Below, piece after piece: positions 9,464 to 17,226 of a stretch of 32,000 nt of DNA (positions are counted from its first letter, which is position 1; the number at the start of each line of letters is the position of its first letter). The stretch spans positions 810,001-842,000 of the forward strand of contig MKSO01000001.1 in the NCBI GenBank assembly GCA_001897305.1. Reading direction: 5' to 3'. Source of the DNA: Candidatus Saccharimonadota bacterium. Its GTDB lineage: Bacteria; Patescibacteriota; Saccharimonadia; Saccharimonadales; Saccharimonadaceae. A model generated the notes under the pieces. It saw only the letters and a list, made by a program, of their open reading frames with translations. It made no database searches and was not told the DNA's origin. Made by a program: the position numbers and the translations under genes.

Positions 9464-10036
9464 CTACTGAGCCCTCAACGCTAACGTAACACGTTCAGCG
9501 GTCGATGCATCCTTAGGAACGCCTTCAAGGGCGGTCATGGCATCTTGAAGCGTATAGCCCAACGCCATCAGCGCTTCGAGTGCTTCATCACCCGCTGGAG
9601 CAACGGTCGTACCGGATGCCGACGCGACAGCCACGGGAAGCCCCACCTTATCAGATAAGTCTACTACGACACGCTCGGCAATCTTTTTACCGACACCGTT
9701 TGCTTTTGCAACAAAGCCGCTATCACTGTTTGCAATTGCGTTACGCACCTGTTCGCTATCACCGACCGATAAAATAGATAACGCCGCCTTAGGTCCTACA
9801 CCCTGTACCGTAATAAGGAGTTCAAAAAGCTTTTTAGCGGCTAACGAAGAAAAGCCGAAAAGTTCCTGGGACTGCTCGCGAATATGGTGATAGGTATAAA
9901 ACTTAACTGGTTCACCCAGTAAAGACTGGTCAAAATCGCTCGCCGCAACTTGCACTTCATACCCAATATCGTGCACGTCGACAATGACGGAACTTCCAAA
10001 TTTTTCGGCAACAACCCCTGAAACGTGTGCAATCAT
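9464..10036 (-). CDS. ruvA: Holliday junction DNA-binding protein RuvA, 190 aa
   Basis: MIAHVSGVV...[10 protein letters not shown] (OB domain) and two HhH motifs ([30 protein letters not shown]). Lies 1 nt before ruvB. Confidence 0.92.
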   Translation of the reverse strand: MIAHVSGVVAEKFGSSVIVDVHDIGYEVQVAASDFDQSLLGEPVKFYTYHHIREQSQELFGFSSLAAKKLFELLITVQGVGPKAALSILSVGDSEQVRNAIANSDSGFVAKANGVGKKIAERVVVDLSDKVGLPVAVASASGTTVAPAGDEALEALMALGYTLQDAMTALEGVPKDASTAERVTLALRAQ

Positions 10037-10133
10037 CAGATAGTATTATCGCATATTTATCCACACGACACCACTGGCCAATTTTGTACATGTATTTTAT
10101 CTGGAATAAATAATTGATTTTTATAGTAAAGGC

Positions 10134-10700
10134 ATGATAAATCAGAACAAATACGGGTACTACTCTATTACTCTTCGCAAAGCGAATGATACCCCGTTAC
10201 TTCGCTCAAATGATGAACGGGCGTTCGTCATAGCTCAGCTACAAGATATGCTCAGTCATCGTCTCGCTATTCAAGAATTGCCAGACTATACACAATTCGC
10301 TTCGTGCATTGATCTTCTCTGTTTTATGATCAATCGCCGCTCTATTAACCTGCTCATTTTTGCCATAGACCACACATTCGTTACCTTATTAGCCGAAAAG
10401 TTAAAAGACAGGCTCGTCGCCCAGCAAACGGAGCAGTTCTCTCCCGTTATGCATACTAACGCTAACCTCTCTGTAAGTATTCGACAACTGGCCGGGCCCC
10501 ACACTGCACTGACCGAATCAATACGTATCCACCAACTTTCAACAGACTGGGAATACGACCGCTATTCGAGTATTGGGTTTTATCTTCATGACAGGCGGGG
10601 TGATTGGATGCGCATCTGGCGACTTACAAAGCTATACGACAACGACCCTGCAAACTACCGCTCTATGCTAATCACCACCCCAGTTTTAGGAAGTTGTTAA
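10134..10700 (+). CDS. Hypothetical protein, 188 aa; possibly a degenerate IS200/RayT-type (HUH Y1 transposase-like) domain
   Basis: This is the only plus-strand gene inside the minus-strand ruvC...ruvAB block. There is loose motif resemblance to REP-associated/IS200-like proteins: YYSITLRKANDTPLLRSNDERAFVIAQL versus YH..R......F..d.Dr..fl; LLCFMINRRSINLL where H-u-H is expected; IRIHQLSTDWEYDRYSS versus yIh.NP....y.wSS. TATAGT lies 6 nt upstream of the ATG. Confidence 0.3.
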   Translation: MINQNKYGYYSITLRKANDTPLLRSNDERAFVIAQLQDMLSHRLAIQELPDYTQFASCIDLLCFMINRRSINLLIFAIDHTFVTLLAEKLKDRLVAQQTEQFSPVMHTNANLSVSIRQLAGPHTALTESIRIHQLSTDWEYDRYSSIGFYLHDRRGDWMRIWRLTKLYDNDPANYRSMLITTPVLGSC

Positions 10701-11177
10701 GCGAGTCATAGCCGCATGGGTAATAGCAGCCGCAAGCGCGTCCGCACAGTCGTCCGGCTTTGGAACTTCCCTTAGGCCCAATTGCACCCTTACCATTTCT
10801 TGCACCTGTTTTTTATCTGCTTTACCATAGCCCGTCAGTGTTTGTTTAATTTGTGGTGGGGTGTATTCAAAAATAGGTAGTCCGTGCTGACGAGCAGCTA
10901 AAATCGCCACACCGCGAGCCTCTGCAACCGTCATAGCCGTGGTAATGTTACGCGTGAAAAAAAGTTTTTCAATTGAAAGAACATCCGGGCTAGTACTACG
11001 AATAATTTCAACGAGGCTATCATATATATCCTCGAGGCGTTCATCGTGAGGAGTGTGTGGTGGTGTTCGCACTACTCCGGCATCAACCATCTGGTATACG
11101 CCTGGCTTACGAGCATCGACATCAACTACCCCAAAGCCAAGTATTCCAGTACCCGGGTCTATTCCTAAAATACGCAT
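10686..11177 (-). CDS. ruvC: Holliday junction resolvase RuvC, 163 aa
   Basis: MRILGIDPGTGILGFGVV (catalytic Asp), LSIEKLFF, GYGKADKKQVQ and DCADALAAAITH, the RuvC signature blocks. Confidence 0.93.
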   Translation of the reverse strand: MRILGIDPGTGILGFGVVDVDARKPGVYQMVDAGVVRTPPHTPHDERLEDIYDSLVEIIRSTSPDVLSIEKLFFTRNITTAMTVAEARGVAILAARQHGLPIFEYTPPQIKQTLTGYGKADKKQVQEMVRVQLGLREVPKPDDCADALAAAITHAAMTRLTTS

Positions 11178-11191
11178 GCTATTAGTATAGG

Positions 11192-12724
11192 TTAGTCCAG
11201 CCTGCGGGCAAACTTTCGCACCAGCTTGACATATAATTCACGTAGTTCGGCGCGCCATTCCCAAACTATATACATTACGACAAGACATACCACACCTATG
11301 CCACCGACCCATATATACCATTGAATAGGTGCGTCCTCTGTCTGAACCCCTTTTACACCGTAACTTGCTTTAGACATTTGGGTCACGGCACGACAGCGAT
11401 TGGTTTCACTACTACGTTCTTGGCCCTGCTTACAGGCAACCAGCGTCGACGAAGATGTAGCGAGCGAACGACAGCGATTGGTTTCAGGGTTTCGTACTTG
11501 TCCCTCTTTACATGGAGCGGGGCTAGAAGATGCAGTAGCAAGTAAGCGACAACGCCCCGTATCTTCGCTGCGGTACTGATTTGGAGCGCATGGCTTTTGA
11601 CTAGGAACTTCCGCCTCCTTAGTGAGCACATCAATCGCTGGTAATTGATTCTTGGCCCCGGGCGTACTCAATTTTGTGTACTGCCACACCCCCTCAATAA
11701 GAGACCATGATTGATCATCTTTTGCATCTAAGTACTCAACCGGCTCGCCAACGGGTTGCTGATTATACACAAGCTGCACCACACTAGAGCTATTAGTAAG
11801 CGATATTCCCATTTCAGTATCAGAGAAGACGACATAGCCATACGGTTGAATGGTTAAACCGAGAGGGGGCGTATACCATTTGTAGCTAGTCGTCCCAAAG
11901 CGCAGGGCGTACCCGCCTAAGGAAACAACCCGATCACTGTCATTATAAAGCTCGATAAATTCTTTACCCGTATCGGTGCCGGACGGATTGGGGAGTAGCT
12001 CGTTTATAAGAATTGGTACGTCATGCGAAGAATTGGTGTCACTACCCGGTTCTTTAGTGGGGTCTGACGAACCGGGTGTATTTTCCCCAGGGTCATTTGA
12101 GGGCTCTTCTGATTCGATGACTTCATACGTTACTATGCCGTTCTTGGGAAGCTCTTTTGCCGCTTCTATTATCCAATCCGCCGACGAACCAGTATGCGCG
12201 TACTGAATGTTTGTTGTAGAAACTTGCAAACGTGAGCGAACTTGCGTATTAGCAATTGAAGCGGTCCACTCTTTACTGTCAATAATGTCACCATAGGCAT
12301 TCAGAAGTGTTATTGTATCAGCGCCTCCAACAATACTACCGCTCGACTGATTAGTAACGGTATATATGAACGGATAATCACCGTTGGCCAATGGATGTGC
12401 CGCAGCATACTCAGAAGACACAGCCGCCACGCTGCTATAGGGCGGCAACATATAGCGAACATTTTGCCCAGTTGGTGAAATGAAGCGGATGAAGGCGATG
12501 TTCGCTTTATTGGTAAGCGCCCAGCTAGTTATATCCACTTCAGTTGCACCGTTATTATGAATAACGATACTCTCCTCTTTTGCACCACTAACCCCGGCAG
12601 GTTGAATGACAGCAAGTACTACCTCAGGGGCCTGGAATGCTGAAGAAGCGTGCGTAGGGGTTACGCACGCACTACCTGCGAGAACTACCAAACCCAAAAA
12701 TAGTCCACTTATTTTCTTCAGCAT
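11192..12724 (-). CDS. Secreted, C-terminally anchored lamin-tail-domain (LTD) protein, 510 aa
   Basis: N-terminal signal peptide (MLKKISGLFLGLVVLAGSACV). The LTD hallmark LINELLPNPSGTDTGKEFIELYN is present, with an earlier weaker LTD-like half. Three Cys-pair modules are followed by a C-terminal TM helix (WYIWVGGIGVVCLVVMYIVW) and a basic tail. Confidence 0.8.
   Translation of the reverse strand: MLKKISGLFLGLVVLAGSACVTPTHASSAFQAPEVVLAVIQPAGVSGAKEESIVIHNNGATEVDITSWALTNKANIAFIRFISPTGQNVRYMLPPYSSVAAVSSEYAAAHPLANGDYPFIYTVTNQSSGSIVGGADTITLLNAYGDIIDSKEWTASIANTQVRSRLQVSTTNIQYAHTGSSADWIIEAAKELPKNGIVTYEVIESEEPSNDPGENTPGSSDPTKEPGSDTNSSHDVPILINELLPNPSGTDTGKEFIELYNDSDRVVSLGGYALRFGTTSYKWYTPPLGLTIQPYGYVVFSDTEMGISLTNSSSVVQLVYNQQPVGEPVEYLDAKDDQSWSLIEGVWQYTKLSTPGAKNQLPAIDVLTKEAEVPSQKPCAPNQYRSEDTGRCRLLATASSSPAPCKEGQVRNPETNRCRSLATSSSTLVACKQGQERSSETNRCRAVTQMSKASYGVKGVQTEDAPIQWYIWVGGIGVVCLVVMYIVWEWRAELRELYVKLVRKFARRLD
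11387..11593 (-). repeat. Intragenic tandem repeat: three 26-aa Cys-x13-Cys modules within the LTD gene
   Basis: CAPNQYRSEDTGRCR / CKEGQVRNPETNRCR / CKQGQERSSETNRCR. The last two copies share an identical 19-nt string, acgacagcgattggtttca, at 11390-11408 and 11468-11486 (period 78 nt). Confidence 0.85.
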
Positions 12725-12770
12725 AGTACCTACTATAGAAAGTAACTATTAACTCACCATAAAATCGAAA

Positions 12771-12799
12771 CACAAAATAAAATACCCCTGCTTGAGGGG
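12771..12799 (-). terminator. Rho-independent terminator after yebC
   Basis: Minus-sense hairpin CCCCU-CAAGC-AGGGG (plus-strand coordinates 12785-12799), followed by UAUUUUAUUUUGUG. It lies 20 nt past the yebC stop. Confidence 0.55.
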
Positions 12800-12819
12800 C
12801 ATTTTATAAGCGTAAACTA

Positions 12820-13539
12820 CTATTCTTCGGTTTGAATATCCGCATTCGTATGAACATTCGTCACATCGTCGAGATCATCCAAAGCATCGAGTACCTTCAA
12901 TACCTTATCGGCAACTTCTTGCTCGGCAATAGCAATAGTGTTATTTGGTACATACTGCAACTCTGCGCCCGTTACTGCCAAACCAGCCTCGACAATTGCC
13001 GTGCGGACTTTTGCGAGATCTTTAGGGTCAGTGTAAACAACCAGTTCCTCATCCTCTTCAACGGCATCTTCCGCCCCAGCATCAAGTACCGTTAAAAGGG
13101 CATCTTCGCCAGTCGCAGCAACCGTAATGACACCTTTACGAGCAAATTGGAACATGACACTACCAGCATCGGCAATACGGCCACCGTTTTTAGTGAGGGC
13201 GTTGCGGACTTCTGGGAAGGTGCGGTTTTTGTTATCGGTCGCAGTTTCAATAATAATGCCTATACCCCCTGGACCCATAGCTTCATACGTCGCCTCTTCT
13301 AGTTGGGCGGCATTTTTATCAGCAACGCGGTCGATAGCTCGCTGGATGTTCGCAGCTGGCATGTTTGCCTGCTTGGCCTTTTCAATAGCCAGTGCCAGCG
13401 CCGAGTTCATAACAGGGTCGATGCCGCTTCGAGCCGCAATAGCAATTTGGTTACCAATTTTTGTAAAAACCGCCCCACGTTTTGCATCTTTAGCGCCTTT
13501 TTCACGCTTAATAGTTGACCATTTACTGTGTCCCGACAT
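12820..13539 (-). CDS. yebC: YebC/PmpR family DNA-binding regulator, 239 aa
   Basis: MSGHSKWSTIKREKGAKDAKRGAVFTKI... plus NMPAANIQRAI and TDNKNRT, which are near-invariant YebC blocks. Confidence 0.93.
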   Translation of the reverse strand: MSGHSKWSTIKREKGAKDAKRGAVFTKIGNQIAIAARSGIDPVMNSALALAIEKAKQANMPAANIQRAIDRVADKNAAQLEEATYEAMGPGGIGIIIETATDNKNRTFPEVRNALTKNGGRIADAGSVMFQFARKGVITVAATGEDALLTVLDAGAEDAVEEDEELVVYTDPKDLAKVRTAIVEAGLAVTGAELQYVPNNTIAIAEQEVADKVLKVLDALDDLDDVTNVHTNADIQTEE

Positions 13540-13602
13540 ACGTCATCTCCAAGTTACATTAGTATCGCAATTAGCACTATTATATCACTTTCCACCCCTA
13601 TT

Positions 13603-14832
13603 TTAAAGATAGCGCGTACTGCCGAACGGTATTTTTGTATGCACATATATGCCCGTATTCAAGGTATCCGCCGAATGGACGGTTCGTTCGCCAAAGCGCT
13701 GGTTAAGCGTATCTATTACTTCTGCTATATGCCGTTCGCGGGCAATATCGTCGGCAAACAGGCTTAGCTGGGACGGCTCAAAATCGGCCAGCTCGTAACA
13801 ATGGACCCCTATCTCTTTAAGACCGTCTGGGGCGCGTTGAAATAATTGCAAAGCCTGAGCATAAATAGCTTGGTCACTGAAGAAGGGAAGGGGAGATAGG
13901 GAAGAGGCATGCCAGTATTCTCGATCTAGAGTTTTTGCGTAGACATACACTCCCCTGGCCGCCCGTTGTTGCGAGCGCAGCCGACTCCCCACCGACTCAC
14001 ACAAATGATGCAGCCGCTGAGTTATCTCCTGATATGTCAAATCAAACCGTTCTAAAACATACTGGCGCCCCACCCGTTTAATGTGCGTTTCGACATCGTC
14101 CACCTCATAGCCTCGAAGGCGCTTATACCACCATTCTCCTACCACGCTTTTAAAGACAACATCACGCAAAGTGGGCACGTCAGCATCAAAAAACTGCAGG
14201 GGAGTCGTAATACCAACGCTATTGAGACGACGCTCGTTACGACGCGCAATACCGGTTAGGTCGGTCAATTGCAAGCTCCCCAACACCTCTTTAATATTTT
14301 GCGACGTTATCATATCTAGCCCGTCGGGCTTATGAAGGCCCGCCGCCGTCTTCGCCAAAAACCGATTAGTAGAGATTCCTATATTACAGCGCATCCAAAC
14401 GCCAATTTCATCTTTCAACCGTTGTTTAATTTCGTACCCTATGTCCACCAAATCACGCCCAGCAATCGCCTGGCTCGTATCATGAAAATCAATCACCCCC
14501 TCGTCGATGCTTTTCATGGTTACGTGAGCCGAATAGTCTTTCATAATGTCGAGTAGACGGTGATACACATAGCGGTACTTAGACGGATCGCTTTCCAGCG
14601 CTATGATATCGGGGCATAGAATTTTTGCATCGCGTAGTTTCATGCCCACCTTTACGCCCATCGCCTTCGCCTCATAACTCGCCGTTACAATGGCGGTTTT
14701 ATCGGTGCGTCTATTCACAATAGCTACGGGCTTACCGCGCAGCATTGGGCGGGCTTGCTGCTCAACAGTAGCGAAACAGCTATTTAAGTCGATGTGCATA
14801 ATGAGCGGCCTCTCTTGGTTGAATTCATTCAT
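13603..14832 (-). CDS. dinB: Y-family DNA polymerase (DinB/Pol IV-like), 409 aa
   Basis: MHIDLNSCFATVEQQARPMLRGKPVAIV (catalytic Asp motif), SIDEGVID, CNIGISTNRFLAKTAA and LTGIARRNERRLNSVGI. These correspond to the Y-family palm, finger and thumb blocks. Confidence 0.88.
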   Translation of the reverse strand: MNEFNQERPLIMHIDLNSCFATVEQQARPMLRGKPVAIVNRRTDKTAIVTASYEAKAMGVKVGMKLRDAKILCPDIIALESDPSKYRYVYHRLLDIMKDYSAHVTMKSIDEGVIDFHDTSQAIAGRDLVDIGYEIKQRLKDEIGVWMRCNIGISTNRFLAKTAAGLHKPDGLDMITSQNIKEVLGSLQLTDLTGIARRNERRLNSVGITTPLQFFDADVPTLRDVVFKSVVGEWWYKRLRGYEVDDVETHIKRVGRQYVLERFDLTYQEITQRLHHLCESVGSRLRSQQRAARGVYVYAKTLDREYWHASSLSPLPFFSDQAIYAQALQLFQRAPDGLKEIGVHCYELADFEPSQLSLFADDIARERHIAEVIDTLNQRFGERTVHSADTLNTGIYVHTKIPFGSTRYL

Positions 14833-15091
14833 AGTGGTCGGCCTCCATAGTCAGGCGCCAGGTTAACCGCTCGCTATCAAATATAAGACGGTAGTCAGTT
14901 CCGCCGTCGGTCACATCAAAAGCGTGCACCGTTTTTAAGCCATTAGGCAGGGGATGGCGCAGGCCAAGTTCAGTCACACTCACCTCTTTACCGTTGGGCC
15001 GCTTAAAACGAACCGGCTGACAAGGATGATGCCCAGCTTTAAAGAGTGCTATAACCTCTACGGGTTCGTTTAAAAAAGTTTCGTCATTCAT
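14825..15091 (-). CDS. Small hypothetical protein (88 aa from ATG 15091) translationally coupled to the Y-family polymerase
   Basis: The stop overlaps the dinB start (ATGAATGA, 8-nt overlap). The start is uncertain: ATG 15091 is preferred, and the track's GTG at 15205 would run across the palindrome and promoter-like region. No family recognised. Confidence 0.5.
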   Translation of the reverse strand: MNDETFLNEPVEVIALFKAGHHPCQPVRFKRPNGKEVSVTELGLRHPLPNGLKTVHAFDVTDGGTDYRLIFDSERLTWRLTMEADHYE

Positions 15092-15115
15092 GTTCAAAAA
15101 TTCTCGTTTAAGTAG

Positions 15116-15135
15116 TTCGAGAAACGTTTCGTGAA
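15116..15135. promoter_or_regulatory. Operator-like palindrome TTCgaGAAACGTTTCgtGAA upstream of the small-ORF/dinB operon
   Basis: A perfect 10-bp palindrome, GAAACGTTTC, lies at 15121-15130. Symmetric TTC/GAA arms make it 16/20 symmetric. It sits 25 nt upstream of ATG 15091. Confidence 0.4.
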
Positions 15136-15284
15136 TGGCTCGCCCGTTTCCCCTGCCCGTTTCTAGCATTTGGAACCGAAGACGAAAAATGAATGACCGT
15201 AGCACGAGGGACGCTTTAGCCGCGCGGGGCGAGTTAGTGTGTATCGTGTGGTTATTTCCATTATACTATATAGAGGAGGTGCTT

Positions 15285-15620
15285 ATGCGCAGTATCAAAG
15301 AAATCGATGCCCAAATTCAAGTAAAGCAACGCCAAATGGATGCCACCCAAGCCCAGGCCGATAAAGAACGTGACCGTGCCGACCAATTTCGTAACAGCGA
15401 ACAAATTAACCAGGCCGAAGCCGAAGCCCATGCTGCTATGAACGACCAACAAAAGGCCACCAACTTGCAGGATGAAATTGACACGCTTAACGACGAACGC
15501 CAGCAAGTTGAACAAGAGATCATTAAAATGGAGCAGCAGCGCGATGCCATTATCGCTAGTAAAGATAGTGAAGCAAACCGCATTAACGACCAAATCGTCC
15601 GACTTCGCGGCAGTTACTAG
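15285..15620 (+). CDS. Coiled-coil protein, Q/E/D-rich, 111 aa, unknown function
   Basis: GGAGG lies 6-7 nt upstream of ATG 15285, preferred over the track start at 15135. The translation is heptad-like and charged throughout (QVKQRQMDATQAQADKERDRADQF...). Confidence 0.55.
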   Translation: MRSIKEIDAQIQVKQRQMDATQAQADKERDRADQFRNSEQINQAEAEAHAAMNDQQKATNLQDEIDTLNDERQQVEQEIIKMEQQRDAIIASKDSEANRINDQIVRLRGSY

Positions 15621-15650
15621 CAGCTAGCTCTAGAAAAACGCTGTAAAATT

Positions 15651-15659
15651 TGCTAGAAT
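15651..15659 (+). promoter_or_regulatory. Extended -10 element TGcTAGAAT for the tRNA-Met gene
   Basis: tgctagaat, with TAGAAA 17 nt upstream as a possible -35. This implies a leader of about 45 nt containing the hairpin CCTTGC...GCAAGG. Confidence 0.45.
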
Positions 15660-15710
15660 CATCTCTGTACCTTGCGCGAAACAAACCCGTGCAAGGCAAA
15701 ACCATAGCGT

Positions 15711-15787
15711 GGCAGCGTAGCTCAGTTGGTTAGAGCGTAGGACTCATAAGCCTAAGGTCACTGGTTCAATCCCAGTCGCTGCTACCA
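15711..15787 (+). tRNA. tRNA-Met (anticodon CAT), elongator type, CCA encoded
   Basis: A hand-folded cloverleaf gives acceptor GGCAGCG/CGCTGCT (G1-U72), D arm GCTC-AGTTGGTTA-GAGC, anticodon loop CTCATAA and T arm ACTGG-TTCAATC-CCAGT. There is an A31-G39 mismatch. From memory, it resembles the elongator Met tRNA of E. coli in the D and T arms. Confidence 0.85.
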
Positions 15788-15805
15788 AGAAATGATCACA
15801 AAAAA

Positions 15806-15833
15806 AGACTTCCCATATGGGAAGTCTTTTTTT
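15806..15833. terminator. Bidirectional rho-independent terminator
   Basis: AGACTTCCC-atat-GGGAAGTCT is a 9-bp perfect stem, preceded by an A-run and followed by a T-run. It lies between the plus-strand tRNA and the convergent minus-strand membrane protein gene. Confidence 0.75.
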
Positions 15834-15848
15834 ATATGAGTAACCCTC

Positions 15849-16229
15849 CTATCGCTCAACCGTCTCACCTGGTTGTGTCTTCGAAAAGATCACTACGAGA
15901 ATAACGGTTAAACCGACCACAACGTGTGGCAACCATACATTCAACGCTTCGGTGTAGAAGCCAAAGATGAATGGCGAAGCTGCCAGAAACAACGACGCTA
16001 GAACATCAAAGATAAGGTGGTAGGGCATACCGAGCACCCTAATAGCACCCCATTCATACTTGGTAAACAGACTGTATAAGAACAAACCTATACCAAGTAC
16101 AACGGGGATGATGACTGCGGCGCCGCCGACTTGCAAAAAACCAAAGATCATTGGCGCAAACAGCAATGCAATGGCGACGATATAGTCGAGGGCACCGTGT
16201 ACTTTCGTGGGGATAAATTTGTAATTCAT
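15849..16229 (-). CDS. Small integral membrane protein (4 predicted TM helices), 126 aa
   Basis: The hydrophobic profile fits four TM helices. AAGGA lies 7 nt upstream of ATG 16229, preferred over the track start at 16307. Confidence 0.6.
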   Translation of the reverse strand: MNYKFIPTKVHGALDYIVAIALLFAPMIFGFLQVGGAAVIIPVVLGIGLFLYSLFTKYEWGAIRVLGMPYHLIFDVLASLFLAASPFIFGFYTEALNVWLPHVVVGLTVILVVIFSKTQPGETVER

Positions 16230-16332
16230 AGTATTCCTTTCGTTTACGTTATGGGCATATAGTAAACCCTTTCTCAGCAACCGTATGTAAGCAATCTTAC
16301 ACATCACCTGCTACACTGATAGGTAGTGGATA

Positions 16333-16663
16333 ATGTTGAATATATCAAGCAATTCCCCCTTCGAACCTTTTCTCAGGGGGCTATCTTGCTGAGCAAGGAC
16401 GAACCCATTACTTCTGTGATGGCTATACGAGAAGGTTTTATTAAAGTCAGCTCTATATTGCCCGACGACTGAGCGCAGGGGATAGTGTTAACCTGTACGA
16501 CATCGGCCTACGTATCACTCACCAAGAACTTGCCGGCATGATCAGCTCAACCCGCGAAACCACTTCACTAGCCCTGAACGAACTGCGCAAAGCCGGCTTC
16601 ATAGACTACGACCGCACCTGTTTTATTGTGAACACCACTGCAATTACAAAGGAGATAGAATAA
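16333..16663 (+). pseudogene. Decayed Crp/Fnr-family regulator remnant (frameshifted, internally deleted)
   Basis: Three pieces lie in three frames. MLNISSNSPFEPFLRG runs from ATG 16333 up to a G5 run. GAILLSKDEPITSVMAIREGFIKVSSILPDD* is a cNMP-binding beta-roll start. ...LYDIGLRITHQELAGMISSTRETTSLALNELRKAGFIDYDRTCFIV is the Crp-type HTH and ends at 16663. The total is about 330 nt, versus the 650-700 nt expected. Confidence 0.6.
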
Positions 16664-17226
16664 TGAAAAAAATGTACCTCGTAACCGGCAACCCTAATAA
16701 AGCCCAAGAATGGAGGCAAATACTACCCCCAGAGATTGAACTAGATATTGTTGATGTCGATCTTATAGAAATCCAGAGCGCGGATTCGCAGGAAATTATT
16801 ACCGACAAAGTACAACGCGCATTTGAAGCTGTCGGCAAGCCGGTCATCGTGGAAGATGTCGAAGCTGGGCTGGCTAAATTAAATGGACTACCTGGCCCAT
16901 TTATTAAATTCTTTATTAAAAACGTCGGTAGCGATGTCTTGTACCAACTGGCCGGCAAAGAAGGTGAAAAAGCCACTATTGCCTGTTCGATCGCGTACCA
17001 CGATGGGACTAACCTGATTACCGTAAAGGGTGAGGTTTCCGGTACAGTAGTTGCCCCGCGCGTCACTGAAGGCTTTGGCTTCAATATTACCTTCGTACCT
17101 GAGGGCGAAACCGAGACCTTGGCTGAAATGAGCGAAGAAAAGAAGAATAGCCTAAGCCACAGAAGTAAAGCGATCCACTTACTGGTGGACCGCTTAAAAG
17201 CCGATGGAATTATAGACAACAATTAA
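16663..17226 (+). CDS. rdgB: Non-canonical purine NTP pyrophosphatase (Ham1/RdgB/ITPase family), 187 aa
   Basis: YLVTGNPNKAQEW, VIVEDVEAGLAKLNGLPGPFIKFF, FGFNITFVPEG...AEMS..EKNSLSHRSKA. GGAG lies 8 nt upstream of the ATG. Confidence 0.88.
   Translation: MKKMYLVTGNPNKAQEWRQILPPEIELDIVDVDLIEIQSADSQEIITDKVQRAFEAVGKPVIVEDVEAGLAKLNGLPGPFIKFFIKNVGSDVLYQLAGKEGEKATIACSIAYHDGTNLITVKGEVSGTVVAPRVTEGFGFNITFVPEGETETLAEMSEEKKNSLSHRSKAIHLLVDRLKADGIIDNN

Noticed and set aside
13127-13606. 159-aa plus-strand ORF (and the 71-aa ORF at 13303-13518) antisense to yebC
   Set aside because: yebC on the minus strand has near-invariant family blocks. The antisense translation is A/S/R/L-rich noise typical of shadow ORFs.
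15116-15135. Interpreting the dinB-upstream palindrome as a canonical Gram-positive LexA (Cheo) box
   Set aside because: The Cheo box is GAAC-N4-GTTC. This site is GAAAC-GTTTC with no spacer, and no similar site was seen upstream of recA or the ruv genes in the window. It is kept only as an unassigned operator candidate.
16644-17222. 192-aa minus-strand ORF covering almost exactly the rdgB gene
   Set aside because: It is the antisense shadow of a gene with strong Ham1/RdgB motifs. Its translation is low-complexity (S/P/L/T-rich) with no recognisable domain and no SD or promoter.
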